DNA of 64,000 nt, from assembly GCA_963668645.2 (NCBI GenBank), contig CAXXWC010000015.1, positions 64,001-128,000 of the forward strand, written 5' to 3'. The stretch comes from Desulfobacterales bacterium. Its GTDB lineage: Bacteria > Desulfobacterota > Desulfobacteria > Desulfobacterales > UBA2174. The position numbers were made by a program, and so were the translations under genes. Shown piece after piece: positions 39,892 through 49,123 of the stretch. The notes beneath the pieces were generated by a model. That model ran no database searches. It saw nothing but the letters and a program-made list of their open reading frames with translations, and was not told the DNA's origin. How positions within the stretch are numbered: the first letter of the stretch is position 1; every line of letters starts with the position of its first letter.

Positions 39892-40827
39892 ATGCCGGAG
39901 CATTCAAAAACAGAGATCCTGCTGATCGCACTGGGCGGCAACGCAATGATCAAAAAAGGGCAGGACGGGACAATCGAACAGCAGTTCGCCAACCTGCGGC
40001 TCCCCGTGCGCCAGATCGCGAGGCTCTCCCAGCGCTACAAGATCATCATCACCCACGGCAACGGCCCCCAGGTCGGCAATCTGCTGCTCCAGCAGGAGGC
40101 CTGCAGCGCCGTGCCCAAGATGCCGCTGGAGATCCTGGTGGCCCAGACCGAGGGGCAGATCGGCTACATGATCGAGTCGACCCTGGACGAAGAGTTGATG
40201 CATCTGGGCATCGACCTCAGACCCCTGGTCAGCCTGATCACCTATGTGGTGGTCGACGAAAACGATCCGGCCTTCAACAGCCCCACCAAGCAGATCGGGC
40301 CGGGATTCAGCGCCGCGCAGGCAGCCAGCCTGCCGTACCCCACCGTGGCGACACCCAAAGGGTTCCGGCGCGTGGTCGCCTCGCCCAAGCCCCTGACCAT
40401 CGTCGAAAAGCGGGAGATCGAAAGGTTGATCGCCCTGGATTTCATCGTGATCTGCTGCGGCGGGGGCGGCATCCCGGTGGTGCGCAAGGGGCGTGCCTTC
40501 AACGGGGTGGACGCGGTGATCGACAAGGATCTGGCCAGTGCCTGCCTGGCACTGGAAACCGGGGTGGACACGATGATCATCGCAACGGACGTCGACGGGG
40601 TCATGCTCGGTTTCGGCACCCCGGCCCAGACCCTGATCCGCGAAATGCGCAGCACCGAGGCCGAAGGTTACATCGCGGCGGGCTGCTTTGCCCAAGGTTC
40701 CATGGGCCCGAAGGTCGAAGCGGCCTTTCAATTCGTCAAAGGCGGCGGCCGCCGGGCGGTTATCACCGCCATCGGAGCCATCGAAGCCGCCGTGGAAGGA
40801 TCGGCCGGCACCGTGTTTCTCAAATAA
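39892..40827 (+). CDS. arcC: Carbamate kinase
   Basis: ALGGNA, THGNGPQVG, RRVVASP, AVIDKD, GSMGPKV. Confidence 0.95.
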   Translation: MPEHSKTEILLIALGGNAMIKKGQDGTIEQQFANLRLPVRQIARLSQRYKIIITHGNGPQVGNLLLQQEACSAVPKMPLEILVAQTEGQIGYMIESTLDEELMHLGIDLRPLVSLITYVVVDENDPAFNSPTKQIGPGFSAAQAASLPYPTVATPKGFRRVVASPKPLTIVEKREIERLIALDFIVICCGGGGIPVVRKGRAFNGVDAVIDKDLASACLALETGVDTMIIATDVDGVMLGFGTPAQTLIREMRSTEAEGYIAAGCFAQGSMGPKVEAAFQFVKGGGRRAVITAIGAIEAAVEGSAGTVFLK

Positions 40828-41131
40828 GGCCGGTCCCGTGAAAACAAAGGCCCCACCTTAGAAACTCGGGAGCGCCGGACTCCGAATGCAGAGTAAAGAC
40901 GCGCTTTCGAGCCGGTAGCGGCGTTCCGCGGCCAACCCTGATTCCCCAGCCATTTTTGTTTCATCGGGAACTGCTGGCGGCTGTGCTTTGGTAAAGACTT
41001 TTCATCCGTTTTTTGATAACAGACCCTTTTTGCCTCAGCCGAACCGGCTTTACGGGCGGCATCGGAAGGGGGTTCTTTATTCAAAATCTTGTTACTGGTC
41101 TAACGATAAACCTTAAAATGGGGAGAATGAG

Positions 41132-42196
41132 ATGAAGACAACGCGTACGGCATGTATCGTCACCGCCCTGCTGATTCTGGCCGCTTTCACCGCGATGCCG
41201 GCATGGGCAGACCAGGCACCGGTCAAGATTCGCATCGCTTCATGGGACCCGCCGCTGGTGCTCGACATGGAAAAGTGCAACGGCAATTTCGGCTCCTCAA
41301 ACTCCAAAGCCCAGATGTTCAAGACCGTCGTCGAAAAGAGTTCCCGCGGCCGCATCGAGGTGACCATCATTCCCAATGGGCAAATCGGCGGTGACAAGGA
41401 CGCTTTCGAGATGATGCAAAGCGGTGCCCTCGACATGAGTGCCTATCCGGCTTCCATTCTGGCCAACTTCGTGCCCGAGTGCCTCGTCTACCAGATCCCC
41501 TTTCTCTTCCGGGACCATACGGTGGCCAACCGGGTGATGAGCGGCCCGTTCGGCAATGAACTGAGCGCCCTGGTCCTGAAAAAGACCGGTGTGCGAATCT
41601 TTCGCTGGGGCACCGAGACCTTCATGAACTACATGACCTCGGGCGAACCGATCCGGGTACCGGCAGACCTCAAGGGCAAAAAGATCCGCACCCGAGAGCA
41701 GAACAACGATGTCGTGATGACCGAACTGCTCAGTGCGTCTTCCACGCCGATCCCCTACGGCGAGCTTTACATGGCGCTGCAGCAGGGGGTGGTGGACGGG
41801 GCCTACACCCTCATCCCCACCGTGGAGATGTTCAAGCTCGACCAGGGGCTCAAGTACATCTGCCAGGCGGACATCGTCTATCTGGTGGGCGTCATGGCCG
41901 CCAGCGAAAAGTTCTGGCAGAAGCTTTCGCCCGAAGACCGGATTCTGGTGGCAGACGCCGCCAACCAGGCTTCGGACTTCCATCGCGCCATGATGCTTTA
42001 CGGGGCCCACCTTTTCGGCGAAAGCCTCAAAAACAAGGGCGTGACGATCTATACCGTCACGCCCGAGGAACGCGCCCAGTGGCGTACGGCCATGCGTGAT
42101 CCGATGATCGAGTGGACGCGCAAGAAAATCGGCGACCAGTGGGTCGACAAGGCGCTGAAGGCCGTGGCCGATGTGGAAAAGCAACTTGTCGAGTAG
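41132..42196 (+). CDS. TRAP solute-binding protein (DctP family)
   Basis: Signal peptide; PNGQIG, PFLF, DLKGKKIR, ELYMALQQGVVDG. Confidence 0.9.
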   Translation: MKTTRTACIVTALLILAAFTAMPAWADQAPVKIRIASWDPPLVLDMEKCNGNFGSSNSKAQMFKTVVEKSSRGRIEVTIIPNGQIGGDKDAFEMMQSGALDMSAYPASILANFVPECLVYQIPFLFRDHTVANRVMSGPFGNELSALVLKKTGVRIFRWGTETFMNYMTSGEPIRVPADLKGKKIRTREQNNDVVMTELLSASSTPIPYGELYMALQQGVVDGAYTLIPTVEMFKLDQGLKYICQADIVYLVGVMAASEKFWQKLSPEDRILVADAANQASDFHRAMMLYGAHLFGESLKNKGVTIYTVTPEERAQWRTAMRDPMIEWTRKKIGDQWVDKALKAVADVEKQLVE

Positions 42197-42282
42197 CGCG
42201 GCCATCCGGCCTGGAGGATTACGGGAGACGGGCCCCCAGCGGCGCCCGTCCCCAGCGACGGTCTATCGGTCGCAGGTAGGTT

Positions 42283-42825
42283 ATGTGGAAAATCAATAAA
42301 GCGGTTCTGGCGCTGTGCCGGCTGGGGATGATCACCATCGTCCCGTCGATGACCATCATCGTCTTTGTCCAGGTGATCCTCAGGTACGGGTTTCATAATT
42401 CGCTCAGCTGGGTGGAGGAACTGGCCCGCTACATGCTGGTCTGGGTGACCTCCCTGGGCTCTGTTTACGCCAGCCAAAAAGGAATGCACGTCAGCGTGGA
42501 GGCCCTGCGTTCAAGGCTCAGCGGAAGCGCGCAGGTCGTCGTGGTGCTGGCGATTCACCTGGCGGTACTCTTCTTTTTCGCCATCGGCGCATGGCAGGGG
42601 GGAATTTACGCCGCCGGCGGATGGACCCAGCATTCGGCCAGTCTGGACATGCGCATGTTCTATGTCTACGCAGCGATCCCCGCAGCCTTCGGGCTGATGG
42701 TCCTGACCCAGGCCGAACGATTCGTGGTGGAAATCAAACAGGCGCTATCCGACCCGGCATGCCGGCGGCCGCAAGCGAAGGCCGCCGACATGTCGCCAAT
42801 TGATCATAGCGGTGGGCGGTCATGA
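42283..42825 (+). CDS. TRAP small permease (DctQ family)
   Basis: QVILRY, WVEELARY; four hydrophobic segments. Confidence 0.88.
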   Translation: MWKINKAVLALCRLGMITIVPSMTIIVFVQVILRYGFHNSLSWVEELARYMLVWVTSLGSVYASQKGMHVSVEALRSRLSGSAQVVVVLAIHLAVLFFFAIGAWQGGIYAAGGWTQHSASLDMRMFYVYAAIPAAFGLMVLTQAERFVVEIKQALSDPACRRPQAKAADMSPIDHSGGRS

Positions 42826-44102
42826 CGCTGACGATACTTTTCGGGACCATGGCGGTGGGGATGATCATCGGCATGCCCATCGCCTGGGCCATGGGTCTTG
42901 CCGGCACGCTGGCCCTGATGAACATGGGCATGCCCTTGACCATTCTGCCGCAGAAAATGTTCGGCGGGATGGACAGCTTTCCCTTGCTGTGCCTGCCTTT
43001 CTTTATCCTGGCCGGAGAACTGATGGCCGCCGGGGGATTGACCGAAAGGCTGCTGCGCTTTTCGGTCAACTGCGTCGGGCATATCCGCGGCGGGCTGGCC
43101 CTGGGCAACGTGGTGGCCAGCATGCTCTTCGGGGGGATCACCGGAGCGGCCACCGCCGACGCCACGGCCCTGGGCTCGGTGGAAATCCCGATGATGGTCA
43201 AAAACGGGTACGACAAGATGTTCTCGGCCGCCGTGACCGCGGCTTCTTCCTGCATCGGGCCGATCATCCCGCCGAGCCTGGTGGTGATCATCTATGTAAT
43301 GGTGGTGCGCGGCACCTCCATCGCCGGCTTGTTTGCCGCCGGCATGCTGCCCGGGATCCTGGTCGGCCTGGCCTTGATGTTCACCTGCTATATCATCTCG
43401 CTGCGCCGCCGTTACCCCAAGAGCGATGCCGGGCTCGGCATGCGGGCTTTCTGGCTTTCGGTCAAGGATGCGCTTCTGGCCATCATGGCGCCGGTGATCA
43501 TCCTGGGCGGCATCCTCGGGGGGGTCTTCACCGCCACCGAGGCGGCCGCCGTTGCCGTCATCTATTCTTTCATCATCGGTTTTTTCGTCTACCGGGAGAT
43601 CAAACTGGCGGACCTGCCGGAAATGTTCGTGCGCGCCGGGGTCATTTCCGCCGTGGTGATGGTCCTCATCGGCACCTCGACCACCTTCGGCATCGTCATC
43701 TCCTTCGAGCAGACGGCGCTCAAGCTCGGCAACCTCGTGGAACCGCTGGGGACCGTCGGGTTCATCCTGGTGGTCAACGCCGTGTTCCTCATCGCCGGCA
43801 TGTTTCTCGACATGTACCCGGCGATTCTGATCCTGGCGCCGGTTTTTGCCCCGGTGGCCACCAACCTGGGCATCCATCCCTACCAGTTCGGCATGATCGT
43901 GATCATCAACCTTGTCATCGGACTGATCACCCCGCCCATGGGCCAAATCCTGTTTGTCGTATCGGCCCTGGCCGACGTGAAGTTTGAAGCTTTGTGCAGG
44001 GAGATCATGGTTTTTGTTTTTGTGGAGATCGGCGTGCTGCTGCTGGTGAGCTACGTCCCCTTTTTCACCCTCTGGGTACCGTCGCTCCTGGGATACCATT
44101 GA
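42822..44102 (+). CDS. TRAP large permease (DctM family)
   Basis: PFFILAG, GPIIPPS, TATEAAA, ITPPMG. Confidence 0.92.
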   Translation: MTLTILFGTMAVGMIIGMPIAWAMGLAGTLALMNMGMPLTILPQKMFGGMDSFPLLCLPFFILAGELMAAGGLTERLLRFSVNCVGHIRGGLALGNVVASMLFGGITGAATADATALGSVEIPMMVKNGYDKMFSAAVTAASSCIGPIIPPSLVVIIYVMVVRGTSIAGLFAAGMLPGILVGLALMFTCYIISLRRRYPKSDAGLGMRAFWLSVKDALLAIMAPVIILGGILGGVFTATEAAAVAVIYSFIIGFFVYREIKLADLPEMFVRAGVISAVVMVLIGTSTTFGIVISFEQTALKLGNLVEPLGTVGFILVVNAVFLIAGMFLDMYPAILILAPVFAPVATNLGIHPYQFGMIVIINLVIGLITPPMGQILFVVSALADVKFEALCREIMVFVFVEIGVLLLVSYVPFFTLWVPSLLGYH

Positions 44103-44145
44103 CGTTGCCCCCGCGGCGCTGCCTGGCAGCCGGCCGCCTTGAAAA

Positions 44146-45573
44146 ATGACACCACTGACGGCAACCGAAATACGGCATTTGATCACCGAACTGGAGCGAA
44201 TCGTCACCCCTCGATACGTGGCGACCGGCGTCTTCGAAGGGATGAAAAACGCGACAACCCCCCTGGGGCTCGAAGTCGCCAAAGAATCGCTGCCCTACGC
44301 GGTGGTAATGCCGGTGGAGACACGGCAGGTCGCCCGGATTCTCGAGCTGGCCAACCGCCTGCGGGTCCCGGTCTTCGTCCGGGGATCGGGAACTTCCCTC
44401 ATCGGCCATTCCCGGCCGCACTGCCCGGGAATCGTGCTCAACACCCACCGCATGCGGGATCTGGCTATCGATGAGGCCTGCGGGTATTTCGAATGCGGGC
44501 CCGGCATCACGGCGGCGGCGGTGGGCCAGGCCCTGGAGGCCGTCGACTGTTTCCTGCCGGTCTGGCCGGGAAGCCGGGTGATCGCCTCCATGGGCGGGCT
44601 GGTGTGCAACAACACCAGCGGTCATATCGTCGATGCCTGCCTGGGCAAACCGGGGGACTATGTCCTCGGCCTTGAGGTGGTGCTGCCCACAGGAGAGATT
44701 ATCCAGACCGGCTCCAAGGGGCTGCGCCGGATCGCCGGTACGGATTTGACCAAGTTTTTCGTCGGCAGCGACGGCCTGCTGGGGGTGGTGACGCGCATCC
44801 GCATGCGCCTGGTCCCCAAGGGGTGCGAGGCCCATGGGCTGGCCGTGTTCGACGATCTCGGCAAACTGGCCCGCGGGGTCGGCCTGATCTTTGCCCGCAG
44901 GCTCCCGCCGCCGCTGTTCATGGAGATGATGGATGAGCCGGTGGCCCGCATCGGGTACCGCATCCGCAACATGACGCCTCCCGCGGGGGCTGTGGTGATG
45001 TTCGGCGCCGTCAGCGCCGATCGCCAGGGAGCCGCGGCCAAGATCGACCGGATGCTGGAGGTCTTTTCCGGGGCCGGGGCCCGGCAGGTGCAGCGCATCG
45101 AGGATGAGGCCGCCTGGCATAAGATCGTCGCGGCCCGGGAGGTAATCGGATCGTATCTGCTGCAAGAGGGCGGCGGCGTGCTCAACTCGGCCGAGGTCGT
45201 GGCAAACCTGGCCCAACTTGAGGCGGCCATGGACGATGCGGTGCATTTCAACCGTTCATTGCCGCTGCTCGGTGAACTGCAAAACCACCTCTTCGGCCAT
45301 ATCGGGGCCCTGACCTTCCATCCCTCCTTTGTCTTTCCACGCGCCTGGGCGGACGACAGACGTGCGGCAGCCCTGGACGAACTGTTCCAGCGCGAAGCGG
45401 AACTGAACCTCAAGTACGATACCTGCGGCGGTGAGTGGGGCCAGTTCGGCCGGCGCACGCCGTTTTTCAGGCAAAAGTACGGTGAGGCCGCCTTCGATCT
45501 GGTCAGGGCCTTCAAGACGGCCGCCGACCCTCATCATATCCTGAATCCGGGTATTCTCGAAGGCCGCCGCTGA
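44146..45573 (+). CDS. FAD-binding oxidoreductase, divergent GlcD/D-lactate dehydrogenase family
   Basis: RGSGTSL, GLEVVLPTG, FVGSDG, DPHHILNPG; GGEWG in place of the usual GEHG. Confidence 0.85.
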   Translation: MTPLTATEIRHLITELERIVTPRYVATGVFEGMKNATTPLGLEVAKESLPYAVVMPVETRQVARILELANRLRVPVFVRGSGTSLIGHSRPHCPGIVLNTHRMRDLAIDEACGYFECGPGITAAAVGQALEAVDCFLPVWPGSRVIASMGGLVCNNTSGHIVDACLGKPGDYVLGLEVVLPTGEIIQTGSKGLRRIAGTDLTKFFVGSDGLLGVVTRIRMRLVPKGCEAHGLAVFDDLGKLARGVGLIFARRLPPPLFMEMMDEPVARIGYRIRNMTPPAGAVVMFGAVSADRQGAAAKIDRMLEVFSGAGARQVQRIEDEAAWHKIVAAREVIGSYLLQEGGGVLNSAEVVANLAQLEAAMDDAVHFNRSLPLLGELQNHLFGHIGALTFHPSFVFPRAWADDRRAAALDELFQREAELNLKYDTCGGEWGQFGRRTPFFRQKYGEAAFDLVRAFKTAADPHHILNPGILEGRR

Positions 45574-45607
45574 TCGCGCTGCCGGTTGGGGTGCCCCGGT
45601 TTCCTGG

Positions 45608-46996
45608 CTAACTGCGCTTTTCGCACGGAAAGATCTTGCCGGGATTGAGGATCCCCTGCGGATCGATGAGCCGCTTGATGCCCTGCATCAATCCCAGGGT
45701 CGGCGCGTCGAGGTTCCAGCCGATTTTTTCGCGTTTGATCAGACCGATCCCGTGCTCGGCCGCGATGCGCCCCTCCATGGCCACCGTCGCCTCCAGGATT
45801 TCCCGCCTGGCCGCGGCGACGGCTCCGGCCGGCGTGGCGCGATCCTCCTCGGCGATACTGATATGGATATTGCCGTCTCCGGCGTGGCCGAAGCTGGCCA
45901 CCAGGACCCTGTGCCGGGCCCCGATCTTTTCCAGCACGGCGATCATGTCCGGCAGGCGCGAGATGGGAACCGCGATATCCTCTTCTTCCCAGTGAGTCCG
46001 CAGTTGCCCCAGTGCCGAATGCACCGCCCGCCTGGAGCGCCAGAGATTCTCCTGGCCGGCCTGATCCCGGGCCAGGCGGATATCCAGGGCCCCGTTCGCC
46101 TGGCAAATCCCGCGGATGATTTCCAGATCGGCGGTTATCGCGTCTGTCCGGCCGTCGACCTCGATGATCAGCAAGGTGGCCGCACCGGCCGGCAGCCCCA
46201 TGGGGGCATAGGTCTCCACGGCGGCGATGCAATGGTGATCCATGAACTCGACGGCGCTGGGCATGATCCCGGCCTGCACGATGGCCGGCACACTGGCGGC
46301 GGCCCGGGCGGGCGCATCGAAGACCGCGGTCAGAAGCTGCTTCGATTCGGGCCGCGGCACCAGTCTCAGGATCGCCTGGCAGATGATCCCCAGGGTCCCC
46401 TCGGAGCCGACAAAGAGCCGGGTCAGATCATAGCCGACCACGTCCTTGATACATTTGGAGCCGGTATGGACGATGTCGCCGTTGGGCAGGACCAGCTCCA
46501 GCCCCATGACGAAGTCCCGGGTCACCCCGTATTTCACCGCGCGCATGCCGCCGGCGTTTTCGGCGATGTTGCCCCCGATGGAAGAAACGCTGAGGCTGGC
46601 CGGATCGGGCGGGTAGAAAAGCCCATGCCGCGCGGCGGCGGCATCCAGTGCGGCGTTGGTCACCCCGGGTTCCACCACCGCCAGAAAGTTCTGGGGATCG
46701 ATGCTCAAAATCCGGTTGAAACCGGTCATCACCATCACCAGCCCCCCGGCCAGGGGTACGGACCCGCCGGTCAGGCCGGTGCCGGCGCCTCTGGGAACCA
46801 CCGCGATCCGGTGTTCGGCGGCGATGGCCATGACGGCCGCGACCTCGCCGGTGTCGTGGGGAAAGACCACCGCATCGGGCAGGTCGGCCGTGCAGGCGGC
46901 GTCAAAAGCGTAGCAGGCGCAATCTTCCCTGGCGGTCAGAAAGCGATGCGGCCCCAGCAGGCCAGTCAATTTTTGGGCGGCTTGGCGGGCAATCAT
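45608..46996 (-). CDS. GlcD-like FAD-linked oxidase
   Basis: RGAGTGLTGG, YPPDPAS, KYGVT, GSEGTLG, GHAGDGNIH, AEHGIG, LNPGK. Confidence 0.9.
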   Translation of the reverse strand: MIARQAAQKLTGLLGPHRFLTAREDCACYAFDAACTADLPDAVVFPHDTGEVAAVMAIAAEHRIAVVPRGAGTGLTGGSVPLAGGLVMVMTGFNRILSIDPQNFLAVVEPGVTNAALDAAAARHGLFYPPDPASLSVSSIGGNIAENAGGMRAVKYGVTRDFVMGLELVLPNGDIVHTGSKCIKDVVGYDLTRLFVGSEGTLGIICQAILRLVPRPESKQLLTAVFDAPARAAASVPAIVQAGIMPSAVEFMDHHCIAAVETYAPMGLPAGAATLLIIEVDGRTDAITADLEIIRGICQANGALDIRLARDQAGQENLWRSRRAVHSALGQLRTHWEEEDIAVPISRLPDMIAVLEKIGARHRVLVASFGHAGDGNIHISIAEEDRATPAGAVAAARREILEATVAMEGRIAAEHGIGLIKREKIGWNLDAPTLGLMQGIKRLIDPQGILNPGKIFPCEKRS

Positions 46997-47000
46997 GGGA

Positions 47001-48062
47001 TCAGTGCCCGCAAGCCTCGACCGCCCGGGTCATGGCGTGCAGGTTCTCCGGCGGGGTCCAGGGGGAAAGCTCGCAACCGGGACCGAGGATGAAACCGCCT
47101 TCGATCCGCCTCGCTTTTTCGAGGCTGGTGCGGCACAGGTCGTAAACCGCTTGCGCACTGGCCGTGCGCAGGGTTACCGGGTCGATGTTGCCGTAAATGA
47201 TGTCCCTGGGAAAAAATCGGGCCGCCGTTTCCAGCTCGATCTCGGTGCCCACGCTCAGGATGCTCGGGTGGGGCCACGGGGCGGCCTCGGCCAGGGCCGG
47301 AAGGTTCCTGTTCTGTTCGCCGCAGATATGCAGGCCGAAGCGGCGGATGCCCAAAGAGCGCAGCCGGTCGTGATAGGCGATATGGTAGGGCAGCGCCAGG
47401 CGCTCGAACAACCGGGGGGCGATCAGTTGGTTGGACTCCCCCGGAGAGGTCATCCAGACAAAGAGGTTGTCCGCCCCGAAAAGCCCGGCCCAGCGGGCCA
47501 GCACGGCATGGGTGTGATCGAGGGCCATCTGCATGAGTCGCCGGCAGCGCTCGGGCGCCTTCAGGGTCCATTTTAAAAAGAGCTCGAAACCGCAGATATT
47601 CGCCGCCATGGTAAACGGTGAGCGGGACAGGAACGTGACCGGCAGCCCGTGGTCCTGCTGCAGCCGGGCAAAACGCAAAGCCCGGGGGATATTGCCGGCG
47701 GTTTCGGGATCCGGTTGCGGCAAGTTTTCGATATCCTCCCAGGCGGTCATGGGATAGGCCTCGACCACCATGGCCCCTTCGTAGGTATCGCGCGGCAGCC
47801 GGACCTGCCCGCCGAAATCGGCCGCCGCCAGCACGGTGTGGCTGAACCCCTGAAGGATCTGATCCCATCCGAAGTCCCGGGTCGTGTCCAGAAAGGCGTG
47901 AAAACATTTTTCAGGGTCTTCATAGGCTTGCCGGACCGTGCCGCCCTGATGGACCGTGTTGAAGCCAAGCCCCATGAACTGGGTGCCGATGGGGACCCGG
48001 TCCGGCTTCCGGTAGGCAAAAAGCGCATCGAGCCGTTGCGCGGAAGTCATTGGTGTGGTCAT
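47001..48062 (-). CDS. Uroporphyrinogen decarboxylase superfamily (MtaA/CmuA-like) protein
   Basis: PDRVP, SPFT, LHICG, GNIDP, FILGPGCE, TPPEN. Confidence 0.82.
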   Translation of the reverse strand: MTTPMTSAQRLDALFAYRKPDRVPIGTQFMGLGFNTVHQGGTVRQAYEDPEKCFHAFLDTTRDFGWDQILQGFSHTVLAAADFGGQVRLPRDTYEGAMVVEAYPMTAWEDIENLPQPDPETAGNIPRALRFARLQQDHGLPVTFLSRSPFTMAANICGFELFLKWTLKAPERCRRLMQMALDHTHAVLARWAGLFGADNLFVWMTSPGESNQLIAPRLFERLALPYHIAYHDRLRSLGIRRFGLHICGEQNRNLPALAEAAPWPHPSILSVGTEIELETAARFFPRDIIYGNIDPVTLRTASAQAVYDLCRTSLEKARRIEGGFILGPGCELSPWTPPENLHAMTRAVEACGH

Positions 48063-48419
48063 CGCTATTCCTCGGATTGATCGGGGCCAGCCTGCGGCCG
48101 GCTCGTCCGGCGGTATGTGCCGGCATCGGGATAAGGATTGAAGCAAGGGAATCGGGCGGCCCGGGTAGCATTACAGGCAGGGAATCCCAAAACGACCCGG
48201 CCTTGAATATCGGAACCGGTGTTGATCGTCAAGCCGCTTTCCCGGGCCGGTAAAATCGCCGGGGCGCCTTGCCAAAGATTCCGGAGGCTGCCGGTTCGCT
48301 TCTGCCAGAGCGACCTTCAAATGCGCCACCGACTCTGCGCAAATCATCTTGTACATCCACCGGCGACTGTGGTAGGCACCGAGGCCAGTGCCTGCCACCG
48401 CCGTCTTCGAGGAGAAGCC

Positions 48420-49088
48420 ATGGACCGTTATCCCTACCTGCTCTACTGCCAGGCCCACCGCCCGCGGCCGCTGATTGAAGGGCTTCGCGGCGATCCCTAC
48501 GTCATCGACCTCTCCTTTCGCAACACGTCCCTGGCCGCAATCGACGTTCGCGACCAGCGCACCTTCCAGCAGCGGCTGGACGCCGACATGGCGGCCGGCG
48601 GGCACAGCTGGGGGCTCGCTGGGTATCTCGAACGGCGCGACTCGCTGCTGCGCGACTGCCCCCAAATGGTCTCAGAAAACCGCTTTTACCACCTCGGTCT
48701 GGACGTCATCGCCCCCTGCGGCACCGCCCTGCACGCCCCGCTGGCCGCAACGGTGGCCGACGCGGGCTACGAGGCCGGAGACGGCAACTACGGCGGCTAC
48801 GTGCTGCTGGAGCACGGCGGCCCCGGGGTGGAGACCTTCTACAGCTTCTACGGCCACCTCTCCCGCGCTGACCTGCCGGCCCGCGGAACCCGGCTGCAGC
48901 CCGGCGATCCGTTCACCCGCCTGGGTGATTTTCACGAGAACGGCAACTGGTTCCACCACACCCACCTTCAGGTGATCACGGCCGCAGGACTGCACCGCGG
49001 CTACCAGTTCAAGGGCTACTGCGCCCCGCAAGACATGCCCGACCTCAACGACCTGTGCCCCTCGCCGCTGCCGCTGTTCCGGGTCTAG
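48420..49088 (+). CDS. Peptidase M23-like protein without signal peptide
   Basis: YHLGLD, LHAP, NYGG, YGHL, ENGNWFHHTHLQ; GAGGAG RBS. Confidence 0.8.
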   Translation: MDRYPYLLYCQAHRPRPLIEGLRGDPYVIDLSFRNTSLAAIDVRDQRTFQQRLDADMAAGGHSWGLAGYLERRDSLLRDCPQMVSENRFYHLGLDVIAPCGTALHAPLAATVADAGYEAGDGNYGGYVLLEHGGPGVETFYSFYGHLSRADLPARGTRLQPGDPFTRLGDFHENGNWFHHTHLQVITAAGLHRGYQFKGYCAPQDMPDLNDLCPSPLPLFRV

Positions 49089-49123
49089 GCCCACCCAGCC
49101 GACCTGCCGCTGCAAGGGAATCT

